NCBI GenBank assembly: GCA_963760615.1
Contig: CAVXDX010000003.1
Location: 96,001 to 160,000 of the forward strand
DNA length: 64,000 nt
Direction: 5' to 3'
From: an uncultured Candidatus Micrarchaeota archaeon
GTDB taxonomy: Archaea > Micrarchaeota > Micrarchaeia > Burarchaeales > Fermentimicrarchaeaceae
Position numbers and translations under genes: made by a program. Positions 38,851-45,882 of the stretch are shown here, piece after piece. The notes below the pieces were generated by a model. It was not told where the DNA came from. It saw only the letters and a list, made by a program, of their open reading frames with translations, and searched no databases. Numbering within the stretch: the first letter of the stretch is position 1; each line of letters opens with the position of its first letter.

Positions 38851-39997
38851 CGAATAAGCGAGAAACCCACACTCTTCAGAGGTGGGATGAAAGCGAATGT
38901 ATTACATTGCAGAACAAAAAAAATTTGATGAGTGATGTTGTATGATACTGACTTTCAAAATAAGACACAACAAGGATTTCAGCAATGAGTTAAGGAAGGC
39001 AAAACAGATAGCGGAGTGTGCAGTAAAAACAAGAACGCAGTCAAGTAAGGATGTCAAGCAATTTGGATTGAAGTCCATAATATCAAACCAAATCTTAAGA
39101 AAATATTCAAGAAACAAGAGGGTTAAGGATGTGAAGAATGTCAATCTGACCATCCCCAGTCAGGGAATAACGCTTGACAAGAAACACAGGGAAATCAGGA
39201 TACCGTCATTGAAGTTGTCTCTTGGATACAACTTCCGAGATTTTGAAAAGATAAACCAGATTGAGATAGACAAAGAATATGCATTCATCTCTGTGACAGT
39301 CAGGGAGATGCCCCAGATAAAACCTGATGTCTGGCTGGGTATAGACAGGAATACAACAGGACATGTTGCCGTCATGGCAAACCCCCAGACAGGCAAGGTA
39401 TTGAAGCTGGGAAAGGAGGCTGGGCATATACATAGCAAATACAAAAGCATGAGGAGAGAATTGCAGAAAAGCGGCAAATACAGAAAGGTAAAGGAAATCA
39501 GGAACCGTGAAAGCAGGATTATCAGGGATTTGAACCACAAGATGGCAAAGAAAATTGTAGAAGTTGCAGAGGAGAACCATGCAGGATTGAAACTTGAGGA
39601 TTTGAAAGGCATAAGAAGCAACAGGAAGCATAAGAAGGGATTCAACTACAATTTGCATTCCTGGTCATTCTTCCAGCTTCAGAAGTTCATTGAATACAAG
39701 GCAAAACTTCATGGCGTTCCGATAACCTATGTAGAGCCTGAAAACACATCAAAGGAGTGCTCAAGGTGTGGAAGCATAGGAATTAGGGAAGGAAAGAACT
39801 TTAAGTGCCAATGCTGCGGACACGTTGACCATGCTGATGTGAATGCATCGTTCAATATTGCATTGCGTCAAGGCATAGGTCAGTTGCATGCAGACAGTGA
39901 TGCATGCAAAGGGAGTACTGATACCCCTAAAGATGCAACGTTGATGAACGACAACGACTTCAGAACCCCACATGCTTTAGCGGTGGGGGTATGTCAG
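38850..39997 (+). mobile_element. IS200/IS605-family, IS1341-type (tnpB-only) element
   Basis: Left hairpin CCCACACTCTTCAGAGGTGGG (38866-38886), right hairpin CCCACATGCTTTAGCGGTGGG (39967-39987) ending TGTCAG, tnpB between them, no tnpA. Left boundary approximate. Confidence 0.8.
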
Positions 39998-40018
39998 AAA
40001 AAGTATTTTATTAAGTAA
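38942..40018 (+). CDS. tnpB: RNA-guided endonuclease TnpB (compact, 358 aa)
   Basis: RuvC D-E-D intact (GIDRN, KLEDL, HADVNASFNI) and Zn finger TSKECSRCG..FKCQCCG. Confidence 0.93.
   Translation: MILTFKIRHNKDFSNELRKAKQIAECAVKTRTQSSKDVKQFGLKSIISNQILRKYSRNKRVKDVKNVNLTIPSQGITLDKKHREIRIPSLKLSLGYNFRDFEKINQIEIDKEYAFISVTVREMPQIKPDVWLGIDRNTTGHVAVMANPQTGKVLKLGKEAGHIHSKYKSMRRELQKSGKYRKVKEIRNRESRIIRDLNHKMAKKIVEVAEENHAGLKLEDLKGIRSNRKHKKGFNYNLHSWSFFQLQKFIEYKAKLHGVPITYVEPENTSKECSRCGSIGIREGKNFKCQCCGHVDHADVNASFNIALRQGIGQLHADSDACKGSTDTPKDATLMNDNDFRTPHALAVGVCQKKYFIK
39870..40016 (+). ncRNA. Putative TnpB omegaRNA (scaffold plus ~20-nt flank-derived guide)
   Basis: Stacked hairpins TTGCATGCA/TGCATGCAA (39884-39909), GGGAGTA-CTGA-TACCCC (39911-39927) and the right-end hairpin. 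Position over the tnpB 3' end matches known omegaRNAs. Confidence 0.65.
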
Positions 40019-40043
40019 TGTACCTATAATATTTGAGCATCGG

Positions 40044-40102
40044 GGAATCAGGGGGCAGACGCCTGTCTAACAGGCTGGAGAATGATTCACCATCATAATT
40101 CC
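40044..40102 (-). ncRNA. Candidate box C/D sRNA #1
   Basis: Minus strand: GGAA-TT-ATGATGG (C box) ... CTGA (D box)-TTCC terminal stem, 49 nt from C to D. TATATTAA box about 26 nt upstream of the 5' end. Confidence 0.55.
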
Positions 40103-40161
40103 ACTACCCCTGCCCCAAAGCAAGCTTAATATACTCTCAGTTCAAATTACTATGTGGTGAT

Positions 40162-40254
40162 ATGGTGAGTTGCTTTTCAAAACAAAGAAAAAGGAGGATG
40201 GAGAAACGAGCGAAAAGAGCGGAAAGCAGGAGGTTTGGTGGGAGACGTAGGTAA
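40162..40254 (+). CDS. Arg/Lys-rich micro-ORF (30 aa)
   Basis: MVSCFSKQRKRRMEKRAKRAESRRFGGRRR. GGTGA lies 4 nt before an in-frame GTG at 40165; TTAATATA box upstream. Confidence 0.4.
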   Translation: MVSCFSKQRKRRMEKRAKRAESRRFGGRRR

Positions 40255-40288
40255 CTATTTCCTATTTCTTGCTTCATCGTTTGGACTT

Positions 40289-40359
40289 ATGATAAATTGA
40301 AGAAAAACGCCTTTACAACTTCACCGACGAGACGATACTGGAAAGAGCCGACTGATTTT
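40289..40359 (+). ncRNA. Candidate box C/D sRNA #2 guiding 23S rRNA near the PTC
   Basis: C-like TTGAAGA (40297-40303), D'-like CCGA, D box CTGA (40352-40355). D guide TGGAAAGAGCCGA is complementary to the conserved LSU sequence GUCGGCUCUUCC(C/U)A with one mismatch to the typical archaeal sequence. Confidence 0.65.
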
Positions 40360-40498
40360 ACTGTTTTTCACGATATAACTTATACTCGAACTGAAACTGC
40401 TGTTCCTTGAATTGACAGAAAGCTTTTTAAGGTTCAATCTCCTATATCCTCCACCGTTTTAAGGTATAGTATCGATGACCAAACAAGAGGTGTTTGAG

Positions 40499-40990
40499 AT
40501 GAAGAGTTACGTGAAATTCGAGACTCCGAAAGAAGTTGCTGAGAAAGCCTACGAAGCAGTCCAGATAGCAAAAGACACAGGTAGAGTGAGGAAGGGAACC
40601 AACGAGGCAACGAAGATAATTGAGAAGGGAGATGCCGCCCTGATTGTCATAGCGGAGGATGTGGACCCCGAGGAGGTTGTAATCCACCTCCCAATGCTGT
40701 GCGACGAGAAGAATATACCCTATGTCTATGTTCCTTCAAAGAAGGATTTGGGCAAGTCCGCAGGCCTTGAAGTGGGCTGCGCTGCAGTCGGGATAGAGAA
40801 GGCCGGCAATGCTACCGAGATTATCAGCGACATAGTGGCAAAACTGAAGAGGCCGAAGCCAGAGGCAAAGCCTGAAGAGACAAAGGCTGCTGAGCCGGAG
40901 CAAGAGAAGCCAAAGAGGGCGAGGAAGCCAAGGAAGAAGGAGGAGCCGGCAGCTGAGAAGCCAGCAGAGAAAGCTGAGAAGAGTGAGTGA
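40499..40990 (+). CDS. rpl7ae: Ribosomal/sRNP protein L7Ae with charged C-terminal extension
   Basis: [48 protein letters not shown] favours ATG 40499. Confidence 0.97.
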   Translation: MKSYVKFETPKEVAEKAYEAVQIAKDTGRVRKGTNEATKIIEKGDAALIVIAEDVDPEEVVIHLPMLCDEKNIPYVYVPSKKDLGKSAGLEVGCAAVGIEKAGNATEIISDIVAKLKRPKPEAKPEETKAAEPEQEKPKRARKPRKKEEPAAEKPAEKAEKSE

Positions 40991-41202
40991 GCAAGATGCC
41001 AGAGCCAGCAACTGCAGAAGTGGTTGAAGTCCTTGGGAAGACAGGCATATACGGAGAGGTCTACCAGGCAATGTGCAAGATACTGGACGGCAAGGACAAG
41101 GGGAGAGTCATAAGAAGGAACATAAAAGGCCCAATAAAGAGAGGGGATACCATAATACTGCTGGAAACTGAGAGGGAGGCCAAGCCCATAAAGGCGAAGT
41201 AG
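40987..41202 (+). CDS. rps28e: 30S ribosomal protein eS28
   Basis: [24 protein letters not shown]...LETEREA. Confidence 0.97.
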   Translation: MSKMPEPATAEVVEVLGKTGIYGEVYQAMCKILDGKDKGRVIRRNIKGPIKRGDTIILLETEREAKPIKAK

Positions 41203-41216
41203 AAGCAGGTAATCGT

Positions 41217-41384
41217 ATGAAATGCTCATTTTGTGGCGAGGAGATTGGAAGGGGGAAGGGAACCTTGTACGTGAAGAAGGATGGCAGCACGCTCAGCTTC
41301 TGCTCCTCAAAATGCAGGAGGAATATGCTGAAGCTGAAGAGGAACCCTAGAAAGCTTAAGTGGACTACCAGATACCAGGCATAG
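41217..41384 (+). CDS. rpl24e: 50S ribosomal protein eL24
   Basis: Manual translation MKCSFCGEEIGRGKGTLYVKKDGSTLSFCSSKCRRNMLKLKRNPRKLKWTTRYQA. Confidence 0.96.
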   Translation: MKCSFCGEEIGRGKGTLYVKKDGSTLSFCSSKCRRNMLKLKRNPRKLKWTTRYQA

Positions 41385-41397
41385 ATTGGGTGGTTAG

Positions 41398-41781
41398 ATG
41401 GGGAGCGAGCATTACAAGAAAGGATTAAAGATATTTGAAAAGGTTTACAAAGAAAATGCAGCAAGCACGTTAAAAAAAATTAAAAGCTACGATGAAGAGC
41501 TTGCTGATGTGTTGATTGATACTGCCTATGGAAGAATCCTCTCCAGACCCGCTTTAGATTTAAAAACAAAGGAATTGTGCATAGTCTCAATGCTTATTCC
41601 TCTTGGGAGAACTCTTGCTTTGAAGAGGCACATCAATGGCGCCTTAAACGCAGGAGTCAAGCCCGAGCATCTCAAAGAAGTTCTTGTAGCCAGTCATCTC
41701 TATGTCGGCTGGCCCCTGTGTCTTGATGCATTTGACGTATTTCACGAAGTTTTGGAGGAAAGGAAAAAGAAGCTAAGGTGA
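41398..41781 (+). CDS. Carboxymuconolactone decarboxylase (CMD/AhpD-like) family protein
   Basis: AYGRILSRPALDLKTKELC, LKRHINGALNAG, YVGWP. Confidence 0.85.
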   Translation: MGSEHYKKGLKIFEKVYKENAASTLKKIKSYDEELADVLIDTAYGRILSRPALDLKTKELCIVSMLIPLGRTLALKRHINGALNAGVKPEHLKEVLVASHLYVGWPLCLDAFDVFHEVLEERKKKLR

Positions 41782-41785
41782 TTAT

Positions 41786-42205
41786 TTGGAGAGAACTTTT
41801 GTAATGCTGAAGCCCGACGCAATTAAAAAGGGCATTGCCGGAGAGGTCATCTCGCGTCTTGAGAGGGCTGGCTTGAAGATAATTGGGATGAAGATGATTC
41901 AGCTCACTGAGAAGATGTGCAGGGAGCATTATGCGCATCATGTTGGGAAGCCTTTCTTCCAAAGTCTTGTTAAGTTCATGTGCTCCTCACCGGTCATATG
42001 CATGGTTCTTGAGGGAGAGAATGCAGTTGAAAAAGTGAGGGAGCTTGCCGGCCCCACGGACTCAAAGAAGGCGCCAAAAGGTACAATACGCGGGGATTTC
42101 GGCACCGATGTGCAGGCCAATATAATTCACACCTCGGATTCGAAGGAGACTGCAGACGTCGAGGTGAAAAGGTTCTTCAAGAGTGATGAGATTTTTCGTT
42201 ACTAA
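41786..42205 (+). CDS. ndk: Nucleoside diphosphate kinase
   Basis: ERTFVMLKPDA, GTIRGDFG, NIIHTSDS; TTG start after GGTGA. Confidence 0.97.
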   Translation: MERTFVMLKPDAIKKGIAGEVISRLERAGLKIIGMKMIQLTEKMCREHYAHHVGKPFFQSLVKFMCSSPVICMVLEGENAVEKVRELAGPTDSKKAPKGTIRGDFGTDVQANIIHTSDSKETADVEVKRFFKSDEIFRY

Positions 42206-42221
42206 ATATCTGAGAATCTCT

Positions 42222-42734
42222 ATGGGAGTGCTAAGCGACAGGGAGATAATCCAGCTGATTAGTGGAACTCCAAAGCTGCTTGAGAATCTTGTTGATAAAA
42301 AAATCCAGCTGCAGCCTGCGGGCGTTGACCTAACCCTGCGGGACATTTTTGAGTTCACCAGTGAAGGGACGATAGATTTCAGCAACAGGAAGAGAGTCAT
42401 TTCAAAATGCAGGAGAATTGGCTTCAAAGGAGGATTCGTAAATCTAAACTCCGGGGCTTACAAGGTGGTTTACAACGAGACGGTTCGCATACCAAGGGAC
42501 TGCATAGCCTTGGCATTCCCGCGCTCATCGCTTCTCAGATGTGGGGCGTTCCTTCACTGTGCTGTTTGGGACCCCGGTTACGAGGGAAGGAGCGAGTCGC
42601 TTCTCATTGTATCCAACCCGCATGGCATAAGGCTTGCCAGGAATGCAAGGCTGACCCAGCTCATATTCATCAAACTGTCCAAAAAATCAGAGAGGCAATA
42701 CCGTGGAAAGTATCTTGCCGAGAATATCCTCTAG
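42222..42734 (+). CDS. Trimeric dUTPase / dCTP deaminase family
   Basis: QLQPAGVDLTL, PRSSLLRCG, AVWDPGYEGR, RLTQLIF, YRGKY. Confidence 0.9.
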   Translation: MGVLSDREIIQLISGTPKLLENLVDKKIQLQPAGVDLTLRDIFEFTSEGTIDFSNRKRVISKCRRIGFKGGFVNLNSGAYKVVYNETVRIPRDCIALAFPRSSLLRCGAFLHCAVWDPGYEGRSESLLIVSNPHGIRLARNARLTQLIFIKLSKKSERQYRGKYLAENIL

Positions 42735-43235
42735 CTAAGAATACCTGATAACCAGCGTTCCATTGACAAATTTAACCGCTCCTGTTTTTACTTCGGTATA
42801 AGTGACATACATGTTCCCGTAATAGATGTCGCCAACTGATGCATTGGGAACGCTCCAGCCATCCTGCCCCGTGCATATGACGATGTTCCCGCTGTTTCCG
42901 CCTGCTATGTAGTTCCTCTCCCCATTCGTTATAAGAACTGGGTTGCTAAGAAGCGGCATCACAGAAGGGTTGCCAATTCTGCTTGTGCACACGAAGGAAG
43001 TTATGTTTATCAATTTCCCGGTGTTCTGCACTAGCGAAATATCCAGTATGCCGTCTCTCCTGAGAGCTAGCGGTTGGTAGCACGAGAAGTTCCCATGAAA
43101 CTCGCATACTCCATAAAACGTTTGCACTGTAGGCACAGGCGTGTAGGGAGTGTTGAGGTAAAGGTATACCACAAGCAGAATTATAAGTGCCGAGGCAAGT
43201 CCGATTTCCCTGTTGGTCGCCTGTCCCCTTTTCAT
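42735..43235 (-). CDS. Class III pilin-like protein
   Basis: MKRGQ-AT plus hydrophobic helix; CEF..NFSC...LVQNTG..INITSFVC. Confidence 0.7.
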   Translation of the reverse strand: MKRGQATNREIGLASALIILLVVYLYLNTPYTPVPTVQTFYGVCEFHGNFSCYQPLALRRDGILDISLVQNTGKLINITSFVCTSRIGNPSVMPLLSNPVLITNGERNYIAGGNSGNIVICTGQDGWSVPNASVGDIYYGNMYVTYTEVKTGAVKFVNGTLVIRYS

Positions 43236-43239
43236 GCAC

Positions 43240-44022
43240 TCAACTGCCGTAGCCAAGTGTAACTTCGAACGGTCCGCTTGTCACCCCGGAAACGCTTGCG
43301 GTGACTACTGTATATCCAGTGGTCATCAAGAAAGCATGGGCAGTTCCGTTCACCGTTGGCGAATAATCATCTATAACTCCTATGGGAACATGGAAATGCA
43401 CGAGCGTTCCGTCAGGTAATGGGTTTCCAAATGAATCAGTCACAGTAGCGGTTATATTCACGAACTCAGTCCCACCCGCAGTGTAGTTTCCTTTACTGCC
43501 TACTACTATATACTTCGGGTTTGGCGCGTAGGCAGGCGCCAGGCTTATGACAATCATCCCGTTTATATTCTGGGCGTACATCTGCCCGCCGGAGAAGCTG
43601 TAATTGCTCCCCTGCAGCACATACCCATAAGGTGTCCCATCAGGCAATGTGGCAACTATGCTGGGCACAACGACAACGTTGGTGGTTATGACAGGAAATG
43701 AGTGCGAGTAGTTCACAGTCCCAAGGCTGAATTGAATGTCAACGCTTTTTGAGATGTTATTCAGTATGATTGTATAGGGTGTAACGCCATCAAGCATAAC
43801 TGGGTATATAATTTTTCTTGAGTAACCTGTGCCTGATCTAGCAGCAAGATTCAGCTCAGATGCAAACTGCTCGCCAACGCTATCAGCCAAGGCTTCTTTT
43901 GAACGTTCCATCTCTGCTGAACGCTGCTGGCTGAAGTTCGCCACAAAGATTGTGAAAATCAGCATTACGAACATGTATATGACCAGCAACTCGTTAGCGC
44001 TCTGACCCTTTGAGCTGACCAT
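43240..44022 (-). CDS. Class III pilin-like protein with C-terminal Ig-like (Big_1-like) domain
   Basis: SKGQ-SANELLVIY; C-terminal VNITATVTDSFGNPLPDGTLVHF...GTA...VTASV. Confidence 0.75.
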   Translation of the reverse strand: MVSSKGQSANELLVIYMFVMLIFTIFVANFSQQRSAEMERSKEALADSVGEQFASELNLAARSGTGYSRKIIYPVMLDGVTPYTIILNNISKSVDIQFSLGTVNYSHSFPVITTNVVVVPSIVATLPDGTPYGYVLQGSNYSFSGGQMYAQNINGMIVISLAPAYAPNPKYIVVGSKGNYTAGGTEFVNITATVTDSFGNPLPDGTLVHFHVPIGVIDDYSPTVNGTAHAFLMTTGYTVVTASVSGVTSGPFEVTLGYGS

Positions 44023-44030
44023 GCTACCAC

Positions 44031-44492
44031 CTAACTCCTCTCAATGTAAACGCAGTTCTGCGTCGGATCAACCTGTGTGCAGTTGTCCTCAGCATATATC
44101 TTTATGAAATATGTTCCAGGCCTGGCTATTGTCGTAAGGTCCCCCGCGATATCCGTCACAGTCCATCCAACTATCTGCGTGGTGCCGGCACTTGTTCTCA
44201 GCGTGATCACCACTTCATGCCCTATTCCTCCAGTAGCATTCCCAACTGATATACTGCCCACATTCTGCGGCATGAACACCTGTATGCTCATCTTTGCAGG
44301 GTATCCCTGCGCCCCAACAACGTCGGCGTAGTTGGCTATCTTTGTTGCGGTCTGCTGGGCTTGCTGTATGGCAAGCTGGTCTGCCACATTAGCGCTTTGC
44401 AGGTATGCTATGAGAAGAAGAGGGAACATTATGGTCACTACAAACGCAACAGTTATCATTATCTCTGTGCTTGCCTGGGCCTTTACCCTCAT
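44031..44492 (-). CDS. Class III pilin-like protein
   Basis: VKAQ-ASTEIMITVAFVV with Glu at +5. Confidence 0.8.
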   Translation of the reverse strand: MRVKAQASTEIMITVAFVVTIMFPLLLIAYLQSANVADQLAIQQAQQTATKIANYADVVGAQGYPAKMSIQVFMPQNVGSISVGNATGGIGHEVVITLRTSAGTTQIVGWTVTDIAGDLTTIARPGTYFIKIYAEDNCTQVDPTQNCVYIERS

Positions 44493-44520
44493 AGAATGAA
44501 TAATATATGCGGATTAAATA

Positions 44521-45882
44521 TTAAGCTTTTGGTAGAACGAGCCTCAGAGCAAGTCTCACAACCTCCCTTGCGCTGTTACCGAATATTATCAGAGAGGGTT
44601 CCTTGCCAACCTCCCCCCTGTGGTACACCACATCTGGGATGCCTTTTGCTCTTCTCACAGCGCTCCCTATGCCCCATGGAATAGTTGCACCTTCCTTTCT
44701 TTTAACGCTCCTCGGCTCCTCGCTCCTATCGTAAAAGGAGATTTTCAGCCTCATTTTCCTGCAGCTCTCCAAATTCCCTTCACTGAATCTTACATTCACC
44801 GCTGCTCTCCTAGAGCTGTCAAAATCCATCATCCTGAGCACAGCCCTGGCAAGGTGGGAGGAGGCCCCGAATCTCACCTTCCCGAGAGACCTTGGCTTTC
44901 CCATGGCATTCCTCACTCTGCCGACCACCCCGGCCACGTCTTCGATGCCTCTTGCGTCAGGAAGGGCGTAGACTATGTTCATGCCAACCTCAGGGATGAG
45001 GGAAGAGAGCTTCTCGTGCTTTTCAATATCATCCAGTGCAGCTTCCACATCGCTGATGACTGCGCATCTCACCCCCTCCTGCATAAGCTTTGCCATGGGC
45101 TCAACCGCTTCAATGCCTCTTCCAATCTTCACGCTGTTGCCTAAAGCATCATCAATGAACTTCTCGCTTATCTCAAAAGCATCCTCAATTCCAAGCCCTT
45201 TTGCAAGGGATGCCGCAAGTGCTGATGAGAAGCAGCAGCCTCCTCCGTGTGTTCCAGTTGCAATCCTATTCTTTCTGAAAATCCTGAATTTTTCGTGCAG
45301 TGTGACATCGCTTATCATCCTGCCATCACTCACTCCTTTAATCACAACAGCTTCCGCCCCACTGGCTACAAGGATTTTAGCTGCCCTCCTCGCATCACCA
45401 ATACCTCTCACCCTTACCCCGCTAAGTTTCTCTGCCTCAAATGAATTCGGGGTAACTATCCTGCAGAGTTTCAGCAGTATTCCCATACTCCTGATGCTTT
45501 CACTCTTGATGAGCCAGCTTGAGTCGGACTGGGCGGTCATCACAGGGTCCAGCACAATATTTCTTGCTTTCCATTTCCTCAGCCCCTCCAAAACTGCCCT
45601 TGTTATCCCGCTGTCGCCAAGCATCCCTATCTTTACTGCCCTCACTTTCATATCAGAAAAAACAGAATCAATCTGTTGCGATATCGCATCAGGAGGCAGG
45701 TAAAAGATTTTCTGGACTCCCTTTGTATTCTGTGATGCTATAGCAGTTATTACCGCTGCCGAATGCACACCGAGAGCTGCGAATGTCTTAACGTCAGCTT
45801 CCACGCCAGCAGCTCCTGTCGTCGAGGAGCCGCCTATAGTTAATGCAATAACCGGCTCCGGATGAGCAGTCACCCTATCCAC
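44521..45882 (-). CDS. thiDN: Bifunctional HMP/HMP-P kinase - ThiN
   Basis: GAAGVEADVKT, VKIGML, VLDPVM, TPNSFEA, THGGGC, then LIPEVGMNI, FGASSHLAR, RGEVGKEP. Confidence 0.92.
   Translation of the reverse strand: MDRVTAHPEPVIALTIGGSSTTGAAGVEADVKTFAALGVHSAAVITAIASQNTKGVQKIFYLPPDAISQQIDSVFSDMKVRAVKIGMLGDSGITRAVLEGLRKWKARNIVLDPVMTAQSDSSWLIKSESIRSMGILLKLCRIVTPNSFEAEKLSGVRVRGIGDARRAAKILVASGAEAVVIKGVSDGRMISDVTLHEKFRIFRKNRIATGTHGGGCCFSSALAASLAKGLGIEDAFEISEKFIDDALGNSVKIGRGIEAVEPMAKLMQEGVRCAVISDVEAALDDIEKHEKLSSLIPEVGMNIVYALPDARGIEDVAGVVGRVRNAMGKPRSLGKVRFGASSHLARAVLRMMDFDSSRRAAVNVRFSEGNLESCRKMRLKISFYDRSEEPRSVKRKEGATIPWGIGSAVRRAKGIPDVVYHRGEVGKEPSLIIFGNSAREVVRLALRLVLPKA

Noticed and set aside
40050-40116. 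tRNA-like or split-tRNA fold (GGGGCAG...CTGCCCC)
   Set aside because: It has an acceptor-like helix but no T-arm or anticodon arm on either strand. The box C/D reading fits better.
40285-40300. Target for the 24.35-kb orphan guide (AATTTATCAT shared)
   Set aside because: Only a 10-nt AT-rich match, expected by chance.
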